Origin: an uncultured virus (IMG/VR IMGVR_UViG_3300030524_000003) | Taxonomy: Duplodnaviria; Heunggongvirae; Uroviricota; Caudoviricetes | IMG/VR virus record: IMGVR_UViG_3300030524_000003 | Direction: 5' to 3' (one strand) | DNA length: 34,814 nucleotides | Notes under the pieces: generated by a model | Database searches by the model: none | The model's input: only the letters and a program-made list of their open reading frames with translations | Told to the model about the DNA's origin: nothing | In this document: positions 25,458 through 32,825 of the stretch, piece after piece | Position numbering within the stretch: the first letter of the stretch is position 1 | Layout of the letters: the number at the start of each line of letters is the position of its first letter | Translations under genes and position numbers: made by a program

Positions 25458-25706
25458 TTACTTTGGCTCAGGCGGATGGATATTGCTTCGCAGTTTCGTT
25501 CCCTTTGGAACGTCCACGCCAGGCACCGGAGCAATAACGTGCGGCGGCGGCGGTTGCACATACCGCTTGTGGTCCATCGGGATTCGCTTAATCTCGTACT
25601 TCCCGTCTTTCGGGGGGTCGTTTCGGTTCGACGGTGCCGTGGCTGTAGTAGTTTGAGCTGCGGCGGTCGCGACACACGCAAGAAGTAAAAGGGTTTTTCC
25701 GATCAT
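25458..25706 (-). CDS. Counter-oriented secreted Pro-rich protein (moron-like)
   Basis: Signal peptide MIGKTLLLLACVATAAAQ, RBS GAGGA and its own extended -10 (TGGTATTCT). Confidence 0.7.
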   Translation of the reverse strand: MIGKTLLLLACVATAAAQTTTATAPSNRNDPPKDGKYEIKRIPMDHKRYVQPPPPHVIAPVPGVDVPKGTKLRSNIHPPEPK

Positions 25707-25749
25707 CGGCGTTTTCCTCTACGCCGAGAATACCAACAAGAACGCCGAG

Positions 25750-26376
25750 GTGGATATGAAAGCAAATGAAAAACTAGCAGACGCGATTTACGAAAAGCTT
25801 TTTAGCGACGTGGCCTACATTGCAAAAAGGCCCGGCCAGCAACCGGAAGCCGACATGCTAACCAAGATTATGCGGCACATCTACACCGAGAAAATCATGG
25901 AAGTTCTAGATGAATACCTACCGCCGCACCGCACGATTCAATTCACTTGGGGCGGGAGCCAGAGCCAGTCCTACACCGTAAGCATTAAGTTCAACCTGCC
26001 CGGCATAACGCCGATCTACGAACCGATTATTTTTCCCTTGAAGTCCTGCCACGATGCGCAGCAAACGACCTTCCGCCTCAACAAGATGCTGCAGCGTTGG
26101 ATGCCTGACCTGCTCGCCGAAGGCGCCGAACTGCCGGAGAGGAATCACTGTCTCTATCCGAAGCCAGAGGAAAAACCCGAACCATCCCCGGTCGTCGAAG
26201 CTCTCCATCTAGCCGTCAGGTACGGGGGAATCGACGGAGCCCACCATAAAACGTGGGTTATCGACCAAATGGTCCGCATCCTTGCCGGGAATAACTACGA
26301 CGCCATCGTGACCGCCGCCAAGGCTGGCGAAGACGGACCCGACACTTACGGGTGGGATGAAGGGATAGCGCCATGA
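25750..26376 (+). CDS. Hypothetical phage protein with conserved C-terminal module
   Basis: GGIDGAHHKTWVIDQMVRIL...WDEGIAP motif; likely start is the ATG at 25756. Confidence 0.8.
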   Translation: MDMKANEKLADAIYEKLFSDVAYIAKRPGQQPEADMLTKIMRHIYTEKIMEVLDEYLPPHRTIQFTWGGSQSQSYTVSIKFNLPGITPIYEPIIFPLKSCHDAQQTTFRLNKMLQRWMPDLLAEGAELPERNHCLYPKPEEKPEPSPVVEALHLAVRYGGIDGAHHKTWVIDQMVRILAGNNYDAIVTAAKAGEDGPDTYGWDEGIAP

Positions 26377-26539
26377 AATACGTTTTGCACTGACGAAAGG
26401 GAGTGCCCCGCCACCCCTGCAGATGGCGAGGCACTAGGCACGCAACCAACGGACGAGGAGTACGAAGGCAGCGGCAAAACCAGCAAACCACGGAAATAAA
26501 TGAGTTGCAACCGATAGACACCGCATTACCAAAGTTTCC

Positions 26540-26568
26540 TTTACATCATGCTTGCATGAAGAGAGAAT
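26540..26568 (+). promoter_or_regulatory. Promoter TTTACA-N17-GAGAAT with the palindrome TCATGC-TT-GCATGA in its spacer
   Basis: The 17-nt spacer is occupied by the repeated operator; the ATG lies 6 nt downstream (leaderless). Confidence 0.65.
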
Positions 26569-26574
26569 GACGCC

Positions 26575-26949
26575 ATGAATGACCTTACACTTGGACCTTG
26601 GCAGTTCGACAGCAATACCAGAACCATCTACGGCACACCCCGATACGGCACGATCGAGCAGACTGCGGCCAACGCTGAATTTCAAGGAGCCGACTGCAAT
26701 TCGCTGAATGAGGTTTGCAAGGTTCACCGCGTTAGCGTCTCCGAGTTTTGGCTAGGCCATACGCACTACCCAATGAAGGTTGATGTTGTTGAGTTCTTTC
26801 GACGACGATCTCAGGCCAACGCCAACCTCATCGTGGCCGCGCCGGATCTACTGCAAGCGCTAAAAGATTTTGTTTCTATCACCGAGGGCGATGGGGCCGT
26901 GAAAATGGCTGCCATTACTGCAATCAAAAAGGCGGAAGGAACCCTATGA
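26575..26949 (+). CDS. Conserved phage protein (T-x-GPW...ANAxLIxAAPDLL family)
   Basis: Characteristic terminal motifs. Confidence 0.8.
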   Translation: MNDLTLGPWQFDSNTRTIYGTPRYGTIEQTAANAEFQGADCNSLNEVCKVHRVSVSEFWLGHTHYPMKVDVVEFFRRRSQANANLIVAAPDLLQALKDFVSITEGDGAVKMAAITAIKKAEGTL

Positions 26950-27566
26950 GGCGTTTAGCTGTCGCCGTTATTGGAGTTAGCACCCTGCTGGCGGCCGAAG
27001 TCGCGCACAAGGGAATCAAGCCCGGCGACTGCCTGACATGGGCTCAGCACGCTATGGCGCCACCGACCAAGGCGACCATTGCCGGCTGGAATGCATGGCT
27101 GGTCGAGAAGCAAAAGACCCATCCCGGTTACACGCCGAAGACTCACCCAAGGGTGAAGTGGGACTGGGAGCCGATCGCATGCCCCGCTGAAACCGCGCCG
27201 CCTACGCCACTGGTTGAATTGATTTCTGACTTCCCTATAAGCCAGTTCTCGCGCAACGTTACGTTTATCCCGTTCGCCAGCCCTTTGCTGCCAATCGACA
27301 TCGTGCCGGTTCAGCCGGGATTCCTCGAAACCGAGGACTCACCCGAAATTCCCGGCATAGAAACCGACCAGGTCGGTCAAAACGAGGACTACCCGCTCGA
27401 AACGGGTGATTTTGGAGAGCTAGGGGGTGTAGGAGGCTTTGGGGGGTACGGAGGTACCACCGGAGGCGGATCGACGCCGCCACCAGCCTCCAGCGTTCCC
27501 GAACCGGCATCCCTGCTGCTCCTTGGAACCGGTCTTTTAACTTTGGCAGCATGGAGGAGACGATGA
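26946..27566 (+). CDS. PEP-CTERM sorting-domain protein
   Basis: N-terminal signal-like peptide, Gly/Pro linker, and C-terminal VPEPASLLLLGTGLLTLAAWRRR (PEP motif, TM helix, basic tail). Confidence 0.9.
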   Translation: MRRLAVAVIGVSTLLAAEVAHKGIKPGDCLTWAQHAMAPPTKATIAGWNAWLVEKQKTHPGYTPKTHPRVKWDWEPIACPAETAPPTPLVELISDFPISQFSRNVTFIPFASPLLPIDIVPVQPGFLETEDSPEIPGIETDQVGQNEDYPLETGDFGELGGVGGFGGYGGTTGGGSTPPPASSVPEPASLLLLGTGLLTLAAWRRR

Positions 27567-27648
27567 TAAAGCGCCTTTGGTTCCGTTTCATCAACTGGCT
27601 CACCGATTCGGGGTGCTATGACTAATTCGGTCAATTTCCTTGAGAGGA

Positions 27649-28008
27649 CTAGCTACGGGGAGCAATCTCCATCCGCTCCGTCTCCCGGTGCCGCGCTTCA
27701 AAGTGCTCCGCCAGTTCCACCCGGTTCAGAATCATGGCAGGACGAATGCGAAAGGATGTTTCCTTCATATCCGAACCCACCCGCTTCGCCATTGGGCCCC
27801 GCTCCAAAAGACCAACCTTCAACAGAATTTCCAGATTGTCACGAACCGCCCGTTCCTTGATGCCCAGGCGGTCAGAGAGTTCAGCTACAGGGAGCATACG
27901 AAATGCAGTCAGATCGAAGAGGCACATGAGTTCGAGGAAGAAGCGGAGAGCGCCTTCGTGGACCTCGGATCGTTTTGTCAGAGTTCGCAGGGCCAGCAAT
28001 GAAAGCAT
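27649..28008 (-). CDS. Counter-oriented winged helix-turn-helix protein
   Basis: PVAELSDRLGIKERAVRDNLEILLKVGLLER is a typical wHTH. Confidence 0.75.
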   Translation of the reverse strand: MLSLLALRTLTKRSEVHEGALRFFLELMCLFDLTAFRMLPVAELSDRLGIKERAVRDNLEILLKVGLLERGPMAKRVGSDMKETSFRIRPAMILNRVELAEHFEARHRETERMEIAPRS

Positions 28009-28079
28009 AGAGGTAGTAAATCATGCGCTGTAACGGTAAAATAGAGGCACATCACAAAGAGCCGTGGAGGGCTCTATCT

Positions 28080-28769
28080 ATGACCGACCTGCGCAAACAG
28101 GACGTTGTGCCCCTTCCTCAAAACATACCATACGGATTCTGCCACTGCGGGTGCGGTCAAAAAACAAAGATCGCGACAATCACACAGCGCCGCCGACACG
28201 TTCGCAGGGGCGAGCCTATGCGCTATCTCTCGGGCCACGGGACCACGCATGAACGCCCTGCCATCACCCAACCCGTTGATCCTTCAATTCGCTACATAGC
28301 TTTGACTCAAGGACAAGTCGCGATTATAGACACGCATTTATACGACTGGCTGATGGGATATCGATGGTGTGCTCGGTGGCACAAGTCCACGCGAAGTTTT
28401 TACTCAATCCGAGGAGAAAGGGTTGACGGGAAGCAGCGCACCGTCATAATGTCGCGCCAGATCACCGGACTAGAGCGGGGCGACAAGCGCATCGCAGACC
28501 ACCACAACCATGACACCCTCGATTACACCGGAAACAATTTGCGGGTTGTCAACGCCACGCAAAGCGCGTGCAATCTACGTAAGCGCCGCGATAACACCTC
28601 TGGATTGAAAGGCACTTCTTGGAACAAGCAGTGGCAGAAATGGGGAGCTTCCATTTGCCATCAGGGAAAACAGCGGTTTTTGGGGTACCGCAATACACGA
28701 GAAGAAGCTCATCAACTTTACCGAACAGCCGCCGCCGAATTACATAAGGAGTTTGCCTGCTATGAGTGA
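28080..28769 (+). CDS. HNH endonuclease with AP2 domain (paralog of 5424..6107)
   Basis: CHCGCG N-terminus, ADHHNHDTLDYTGNNLR, and TSGLKGTSW...WGASI...FLGY AP2-like domain. RBS GGAGG lies in a hairpin before the ATG at 28080. Confidence 0.88.
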   Translation: MTDLRKQDVVPLPQNIPYGFCHCGCGQKTKIATITQRRRHVRRGEPMRYLSGHGTTHERPAITQPVDPSIRYIALTQGQVAIIDTHLYDWLMGYRWCARWHKSTRSFYSIRGERVDGKQRTVIMSRQITGLERGDKRIADHHNHDTLDYTGNNLRVVNATQSACNLRKRRDNTSGLKGTSWNKQWQKWGASICHQGKQRFLGYRNTREEAHQLYRTAAAELHKEFACYE

Positions 28770-29487
28770 CTTCGTCGATCTGGACCGCATTTTACAAACT
28801 ACCGCTCCTAACGCGCTGGACCACGTACGACCATGGGTAGAGGATCAGTGGGCAGCTCAGGAAGCCCTCAACGAGTTTTACGCCAAGCTCGGCATGAAAC
28901 CGCCCAAACATGTGTGGGCTAAAAGCCCCCGCGTCATTCATGAGGCGATCGAGATGCTGCGGCGGATTCACGCCGGTCAGAGGCATAACGCGATCGAGGC
29001 GCTGGTTCCCTACAATGAAGACACCCTGTTTCGCGAGTCTCAGAAGACGTTGCTCGAAGCAATTATCGACAAAGACCTCACGGTCACCATGGGAGCATCT
29101 CTCTCTCGCCAATTTCCATATCGAAAGCCGTGGGATCTCGGCCGCCTGCCTGGGTTTCTCGAACACGCCTTGCAGCCACAAAATTTAGGTCGCCACACTG
29201 CGCCGGCGGGCTGGTCGGACGTGTGCCTGTACTCTGCAGGGCTATCCTCGGTGACCCTGCAAACGCAGACATTCTGCGTGCTTCCCTATAAAGCACTCGC
29301 ATGGATGTGCTCTCCAGGGCAAAAGACAGAGAGTGCCGACGCTACCGTTTGGGCGTGGGCGGATGGCTACACGGTCGTCATCCCGAACGAAGACTCAAGG
29401 GACGACGAAGACAAAGAAATTGAAGCTCCAAAAAATCCCCTATTGGAGCAGATCAACAAGAAGCTTTTGGAGGGGTCACATGAGTAG
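28762..29487 (+). CDS. Hypothetical phage protein
   Basis: About 240 aa; overlaps both neighbours. Confidence 0.75.
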   Translation: MSDFVDLDRILQTTAPNALDHVRPWVEDQWAAQEALNEFYAKLGMKPPKHVWAKSPRVIHEAIEMLRRIHAGQRHNAIEALVPYNEDTLFRESQKTLLEAIIDKDLTVTMGASLSRQFPYRKPWDLGRLPGFLEHALQPQNLGRHTAPAGWSDVCLYSAGLSSVTLQTQTFCVLPYKALAWMCSPGQKTESADATVWAWADGYTVVIPNEDSRDDEDKEIEAPKNPLLEQINKKLLEGSHE

Positions 29488-29689
29488 TCTCGCACAGCGT
29501 CTCGTCAACCACCACGTCGTCGCCGTCTACAGCCTCTACAGCACGCCGGAGAAACGCTTTGTGGGTCTACTTGCACGGGCTGGTGCCATGTGGCGTGTAC
29601 GGATTCTCGGCGTAATTTTTCCAGAGTTCCACCCGCACGTCATTCGTGAGTGTCGAAAGCAGGCTGGCTATGATTCGACGATTGAGTAA
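29480..29689 (+). CDS. Hypothetical protein
   Basis: RBS GGAGGGG. Confidence 0.6.
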   Translation: MSSLAQRLVNHHVVAVYSLYSTPEKRFVGLLARAGAMWRVRILGVIFPEFHPHVIRECRKQAGYDSTIE

Positions 29690-30008
29690 GCCGATCGCAA
29701 AGGTTAGCCCGAAGAAACGCGCCCGGTCGGGCAAGCCAGGCAAGTGCGGGATTATTCGCTTATACGGGAAGGCAAAAACCGCTCTACGCCGAGAATGCTA
29801 CGCGAGAGACAACGAACGCTGCGTCGTCTGCAAGGCGTGGTTACCGTTTGAGGGTTCACTAATGACCAGGATGCACATGGCCCACATCATCGGGCTCGGT
29901 CGTGGCGGAAGTGACGTTATCTCCAACGTAGAGACTAGATGCTACCAGCACCACATTATCGACCAGCACACCCCAAAAGTCGTACCACCCAAAGGAGATC
30001 CTCGATGA
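29670..30008 (+). CDS. Small HNH endonuclease-like protein
   Basis: RDNERCVVC...HMAHII..GRGGSD..SNV..C..HH motif. Confidence 0.8.
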   Translation: MIRRLSKPIAKVSPKKRARSGKPGKCGIIRLYGKAKTALRRECYARDNERCVVCKAWLPFEGSLMTRMHMAHIIGLGRGGSDVISNVETRCYQHHIIDQHTPKVVPPKGDPR

Positions 30009-30424
30009 ACCTTGCAACCCCTCTACTCGCCGTCTTTCTAGTTGTTTCGCAAGGCAGCAATGTCGTCGTTCCACTAACCCGCACTGACATAATGCGCATC
30101 GATATTGCATCGAACGACGTCTCGAAAGCACAACGATGGCTGACAATGCTGCAGGAGACCCACGCCGATCCGAAGAAGATCGCAGGGGCGGCGGCTAATT
30201 TGGCTGGTCTTCAGCGAGAACTCTACGACCTCGAGTACCAGACAATACAACAACTCCGCCCCAAGCGCCTCCCGCAGCCAGAGTGCGAGGGCATCCGCGC
30301 CTGGTTCTCCCCTGATGGCAAGTTTCACGAGGAATTGCGCCACAACCCAAAGGGCTACATCGGCCACATCGAAGGTAAAAACGCAATCTACGAAAAGGGT
30401 TTTTTGGACTGCCACAGCGAGTAA
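30005..30424 (+). CDS. Putative exported protein
   Basis: RBS AAAGGAG; hydrophobic N-terminal signal-like segment. Confidence 0.7.
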   Translation: MNLATPLLAVFLVVSQGSNVVVPLTRTDIMRIDIASNDVSKAQRWLTMLQETHADPKKIAGAAANLAGLQRELYDLEYQTIQQLRPKRLPQPECEGIRAWFSPDGKFHEELRHNPKGYIGHIEGKNAIYEKGFLDCHSE

Positions 30425-30491
30425 AACCAGCAGAAAAACGAAGCCACTCAATTTGTCGGCAAAATTCTGCAAGCCATAGGGAGGGTAAGCA

Positions 30492-30923
30492 ATGACAGAG
30501 CAATTCGCAGAGAGATTCGCAACACTAAAGGCCGCAGCAGAATCCGGCAAACGCGCTGAGACAGACTACGGTCAGAGTTTCATCCGCCGCAACTTCGATA
30601 TAGCAAAGTTTGAAGACGCGGCCACTCCTGACGCAATCTTGGAACTTTTGTCCGCATACGAGGAGTTAGAAGCTGCAAGTAAGTGGATACCAGCCAAAGA
30701 GTTTGAGCGTGGATGGAGGACTGCAACAAGGAGTGCCGCCGCAATCGACCCTTGGAAAGAACATCTTGCAGGCAATCCAATTGCCGCCAAGCTAACAAAT
30801 CCGGGGCAGTGCGTTGAAGTAAAAAACAAGCTCATTCTTTCGCAAGCGTGTCCTGCCCCTACCGTAGTAGAAGAAGATGCCCAAGAAATAACTAAGGAGA
30901 TATTCAAACATGGACTTACTTAG
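30492..30923 (+). CDS. Ead/Ea22-like phage protein
   Basis: LKAAAE...[16 protein letters not shown] motif. Confidence 0.6.
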   Translation: MTEQFAERFATLKAAAESGKRAETDYGQSFIRRNFDIAKFEDAATPDAILELLSAYEELEAASKWIPAKEFERGWRTATRSAAAIDPWKEHLAGNPIAAKLTNPGQCVEVKNKLILSQACPAPTVVEEDAQEITKEIFKHGLT

Positions 30924-31731
30924 CATGACTGGAAGTGTATTGTTCGCCGCCGCAGTAGGGACCATAAAAGATTTGGTCGTCGCTGCAGTAAAAGCCGGTG
31001 CCAACCTGCGCGGTGCCAACCTGAGCGGTGCCTACCTGTGCGGTGCCAACCTGAGCGGTGCCTACCTGTGCGGTGCCAACCTGCGCGGTGCCAACCTGAG
31101 CGGTGCCAACCTGAGCGGTGCCAACCTGAGCGGTGCCTACCTGAGCGGTGCCCACCTGAGCAATGCCAACCTGAGCGGTGCCAACCTGAGCGGTGCCTAC
31201 CTGAGCGGTGCCCACCTGAGCAATGCCAACCTGAGCAATGCCAACCTGAGCGGTGCCAACCTGAGCGGTGCCTACCTGAGCAATGCCAACCTGAGCAATG
31301 CCAACCTGAGCGGTGCCAACCTGTGCGGTGCCAACCTGAGCGGTGCCTACCTGAGCGGTGCCTACCTGTGCGGTGCCTACCTGTGCGGTGCCAAAGATGC
31401 TGAATGGGCACTATCGCTAATTCAGTTCATTCCCGAAGAGGGGAACTTTATCGGTTGGAAGAAATGCAAAAGCGGTGTGATTGTAAAGTTGCAGATTCCT
31501 GATGGAGCTAAACGAAGCCACGCTACAGGACGTAAATGCAGAGCAGAAAAAGTTCTGGTGCTTGAGGTGTTCAATGGCGAATTTGGTCTGTCTGGCCACG
31601 ACGGAAAAACTGAGTATCACAAAGGTACCGAGGTACTACCTGATTCCTTTGACGACAACCGATGGGAGGAGTGCAGCAATGGCATCCATTTCTTTCTGAC
31701 TCGGATCGAAGCGGAAAAATATCAACTGTAG
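30910..31731 (+). CDS. Pentapeptide-repeat protein with conserved C-terminal phage domain (DUF5758-like)
   Basis: About 26 A(N/Y/H)L(S/C/R)(G/N) repeats; C-terminal FIGWKK...IVKLQIP..AKRS..GRKCRA...ECSNGIHFF. Confidence 0.92.
   Translation: MDLLSMTGSVLFAAAVGTIKDLVVAAVKAGANLRGANLSGAYLCGANLSGAYLCGANLRGANLSGANLSGANLSGAYLSGAHLSNANLSGANLSGAYLSGAHLSNANLSNANLSGANLSGAYLSNANLSNANLSGANLCGANLSGAYLSGAYLCGAYLCGAKDAEWALSLIQFIPEEGNFIGWKKCKSGVIVKLQIPDGAKRSHATGRKCRAEKVLVLEVFNGEFGLSGHDGKTEYHKGTEVLPDSFDDNRWEECSNGIHFFLTRIEAEKYQL
30997..31392 (+). repeat. 15-bp tandem repeat, about 26 copies (consensus GGTGCCAACCTGAGC)
   Basis: Directly visible; encodes the pentapeptide repeats. Confidence 0.95.
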
Positions 31732-31760
31732 TTCCATGGAAGATGCCCCAAAGGAGACCA

Positions 31761-31982
31761 ATGAGAGATAGAAGCTATGTGCCTAAGCCAATTTATGCAG
31801 AGGAATATAAACAGATGGCGACTTCAAGTGGTGCCCCGCTATTTACCTTCGATGTCTACCACTACCCTCGCAAACGGAGGATGACTCGGACCGGGGTACT
31901 TAGTGAATCAGAAGGGCTAGAGATTATCGAGCACATCAAACGCATAATTTCCAACCCTGATGCCCCAAAGGAGACAAAGTAG
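31761..31982 (+). CDS. Hypothetical protein
   Basis: RBS AAGGAG before MRDRSY. Confidence 0.6.
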   Translation: MRDRSYVPKPIYAEEYKQMATSSGAPLFTFDVYHYPRKRRMTRTGVLSESEGLEIIEHIKRIISNPDAPKETK

Positions 31983-32095
31983 ATGGCATTCGATAACCCA
32001 AAGTTGGATGATAAACGGAGAATCAGTCGCACATCTAACAGTTACCCATTATCGCCCCTTGCTACCTGCCCCAACTAGCAGTTCAGAGGGTAAAG

Positions 32096-32290
32096 ATGAG
32101 CAAGCCTAACTATCCTTATCATTTGCGGTCTTGGATGGGGATCTTTGTGTCCGCTTGCGGCAATAGCAACGGAGTCATAGTCCAGTGGAGAAGCATCAAG
32201 CGTGTGGAGTGCAAGAACTGCCTCAAAATAATCGCTAACGGGGTGGAGACAAAGTATTTCAGGCCGCGCAAAGTGACTAGCAGTTCATAG
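32096..32290 (+). CDS. Small Cys/His protein
   Basis: H...ACG...VECKNC motif; RBS GAGGG. Confidence 0.6.
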   Translation: MSKPNYPYHLRSWMGIFVSACGNSNGVIVQWRSIKRVECKNCLKIIANGVETKYFRPRKVTSSS

Positions 32291-32305
32291 AGAGAGGGAT
32301 AAGAC

Positions 32306-32527
32306 GTGAGCAAGCCAAAGAAACAGAGAAATCCTCAGATCACTCCATATGACAAGCTGTACCACGCTGTTGCTGAATACGTGGAATCAAAAGGTGGTGC
32401 GGTGATCGTTGCAGGTGGCATCCAGATTCAGGAGTGGCCTAGTGATGGGCCTTACCAATTCACCGTTGCGGTAAAGTGCACAGGAAGAAAGCCGAAATTT
32501 GCCGAGGCACCCGATGAGCAAATCTGA
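32306..32527 (+). CDS. Hypothetical protein
   Basis: GTG start, RBS GAGGGA. Confidence 0.7.
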   Translation: MSKPKKQRNPQITPYDKLYHAVAEYVESKGGAVIVAGGIQIQEWPSDGPYQFTVAVKCTGRKPKFAEAPDEQI

Positions 32528-32825
32528 AGTGAAGGCCGATACTGCCACTCCACAAACCGAAATTGAGAAGCTCTATTACATTCAGGACACACGCAACTAT
32601 ACCGGGAACAGTGTGATGTGGTGGTGTCCGGAAGGTAATGGCTACACGTCCGATCTTGATGCTGCTTGGAAAGTCCCTGCAAGTAAAGCTAAAGTAATGC
32701 ATCGCTCACGCAAGACGGATGTACCGTGGCCATGCAACGAAATAGACAACTATTCGCAACGTCACTTCGATATGCAAAATCTGCGAATGATTACAACGGA
32801 GGCAACCGATGACAACCCCAAATAA
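32514..32825 (+). CDS. Conserved phage hypothetical protein
   Basis: YYIQDTR..GNSVMWW...GYTSDLDAA motif. Confidence 0.75.
   Translation: MSKSEVKADTATPQTEIEKLYYIQDTRNYTGNSVMWWCPEGNGYTSDLDAAWKVPASKAKVMHRSRKTDVPWPCNEIDNYSQRHFDMQNLRMITTEATDDNPK

Noticed and set aside
30997..31392. Possible CRISPR array or DGR variable region (differences between units fall at positions that are A in an AATGCCAACCTGAGC unit)
   Set aside because: There are no spacers and the repeats are in-frame pentapeptide codons. No reverse transcriptase or separate template repeat is present in the window, and the pattern fits normal pentapeptide variation.
30916..31411. Repetitive ORFs in alternative frames (GTAQV, HRSGW, CQPER repeats)
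   Set aside because: Artefacts of the stop-free 15-bp tandem repeat.
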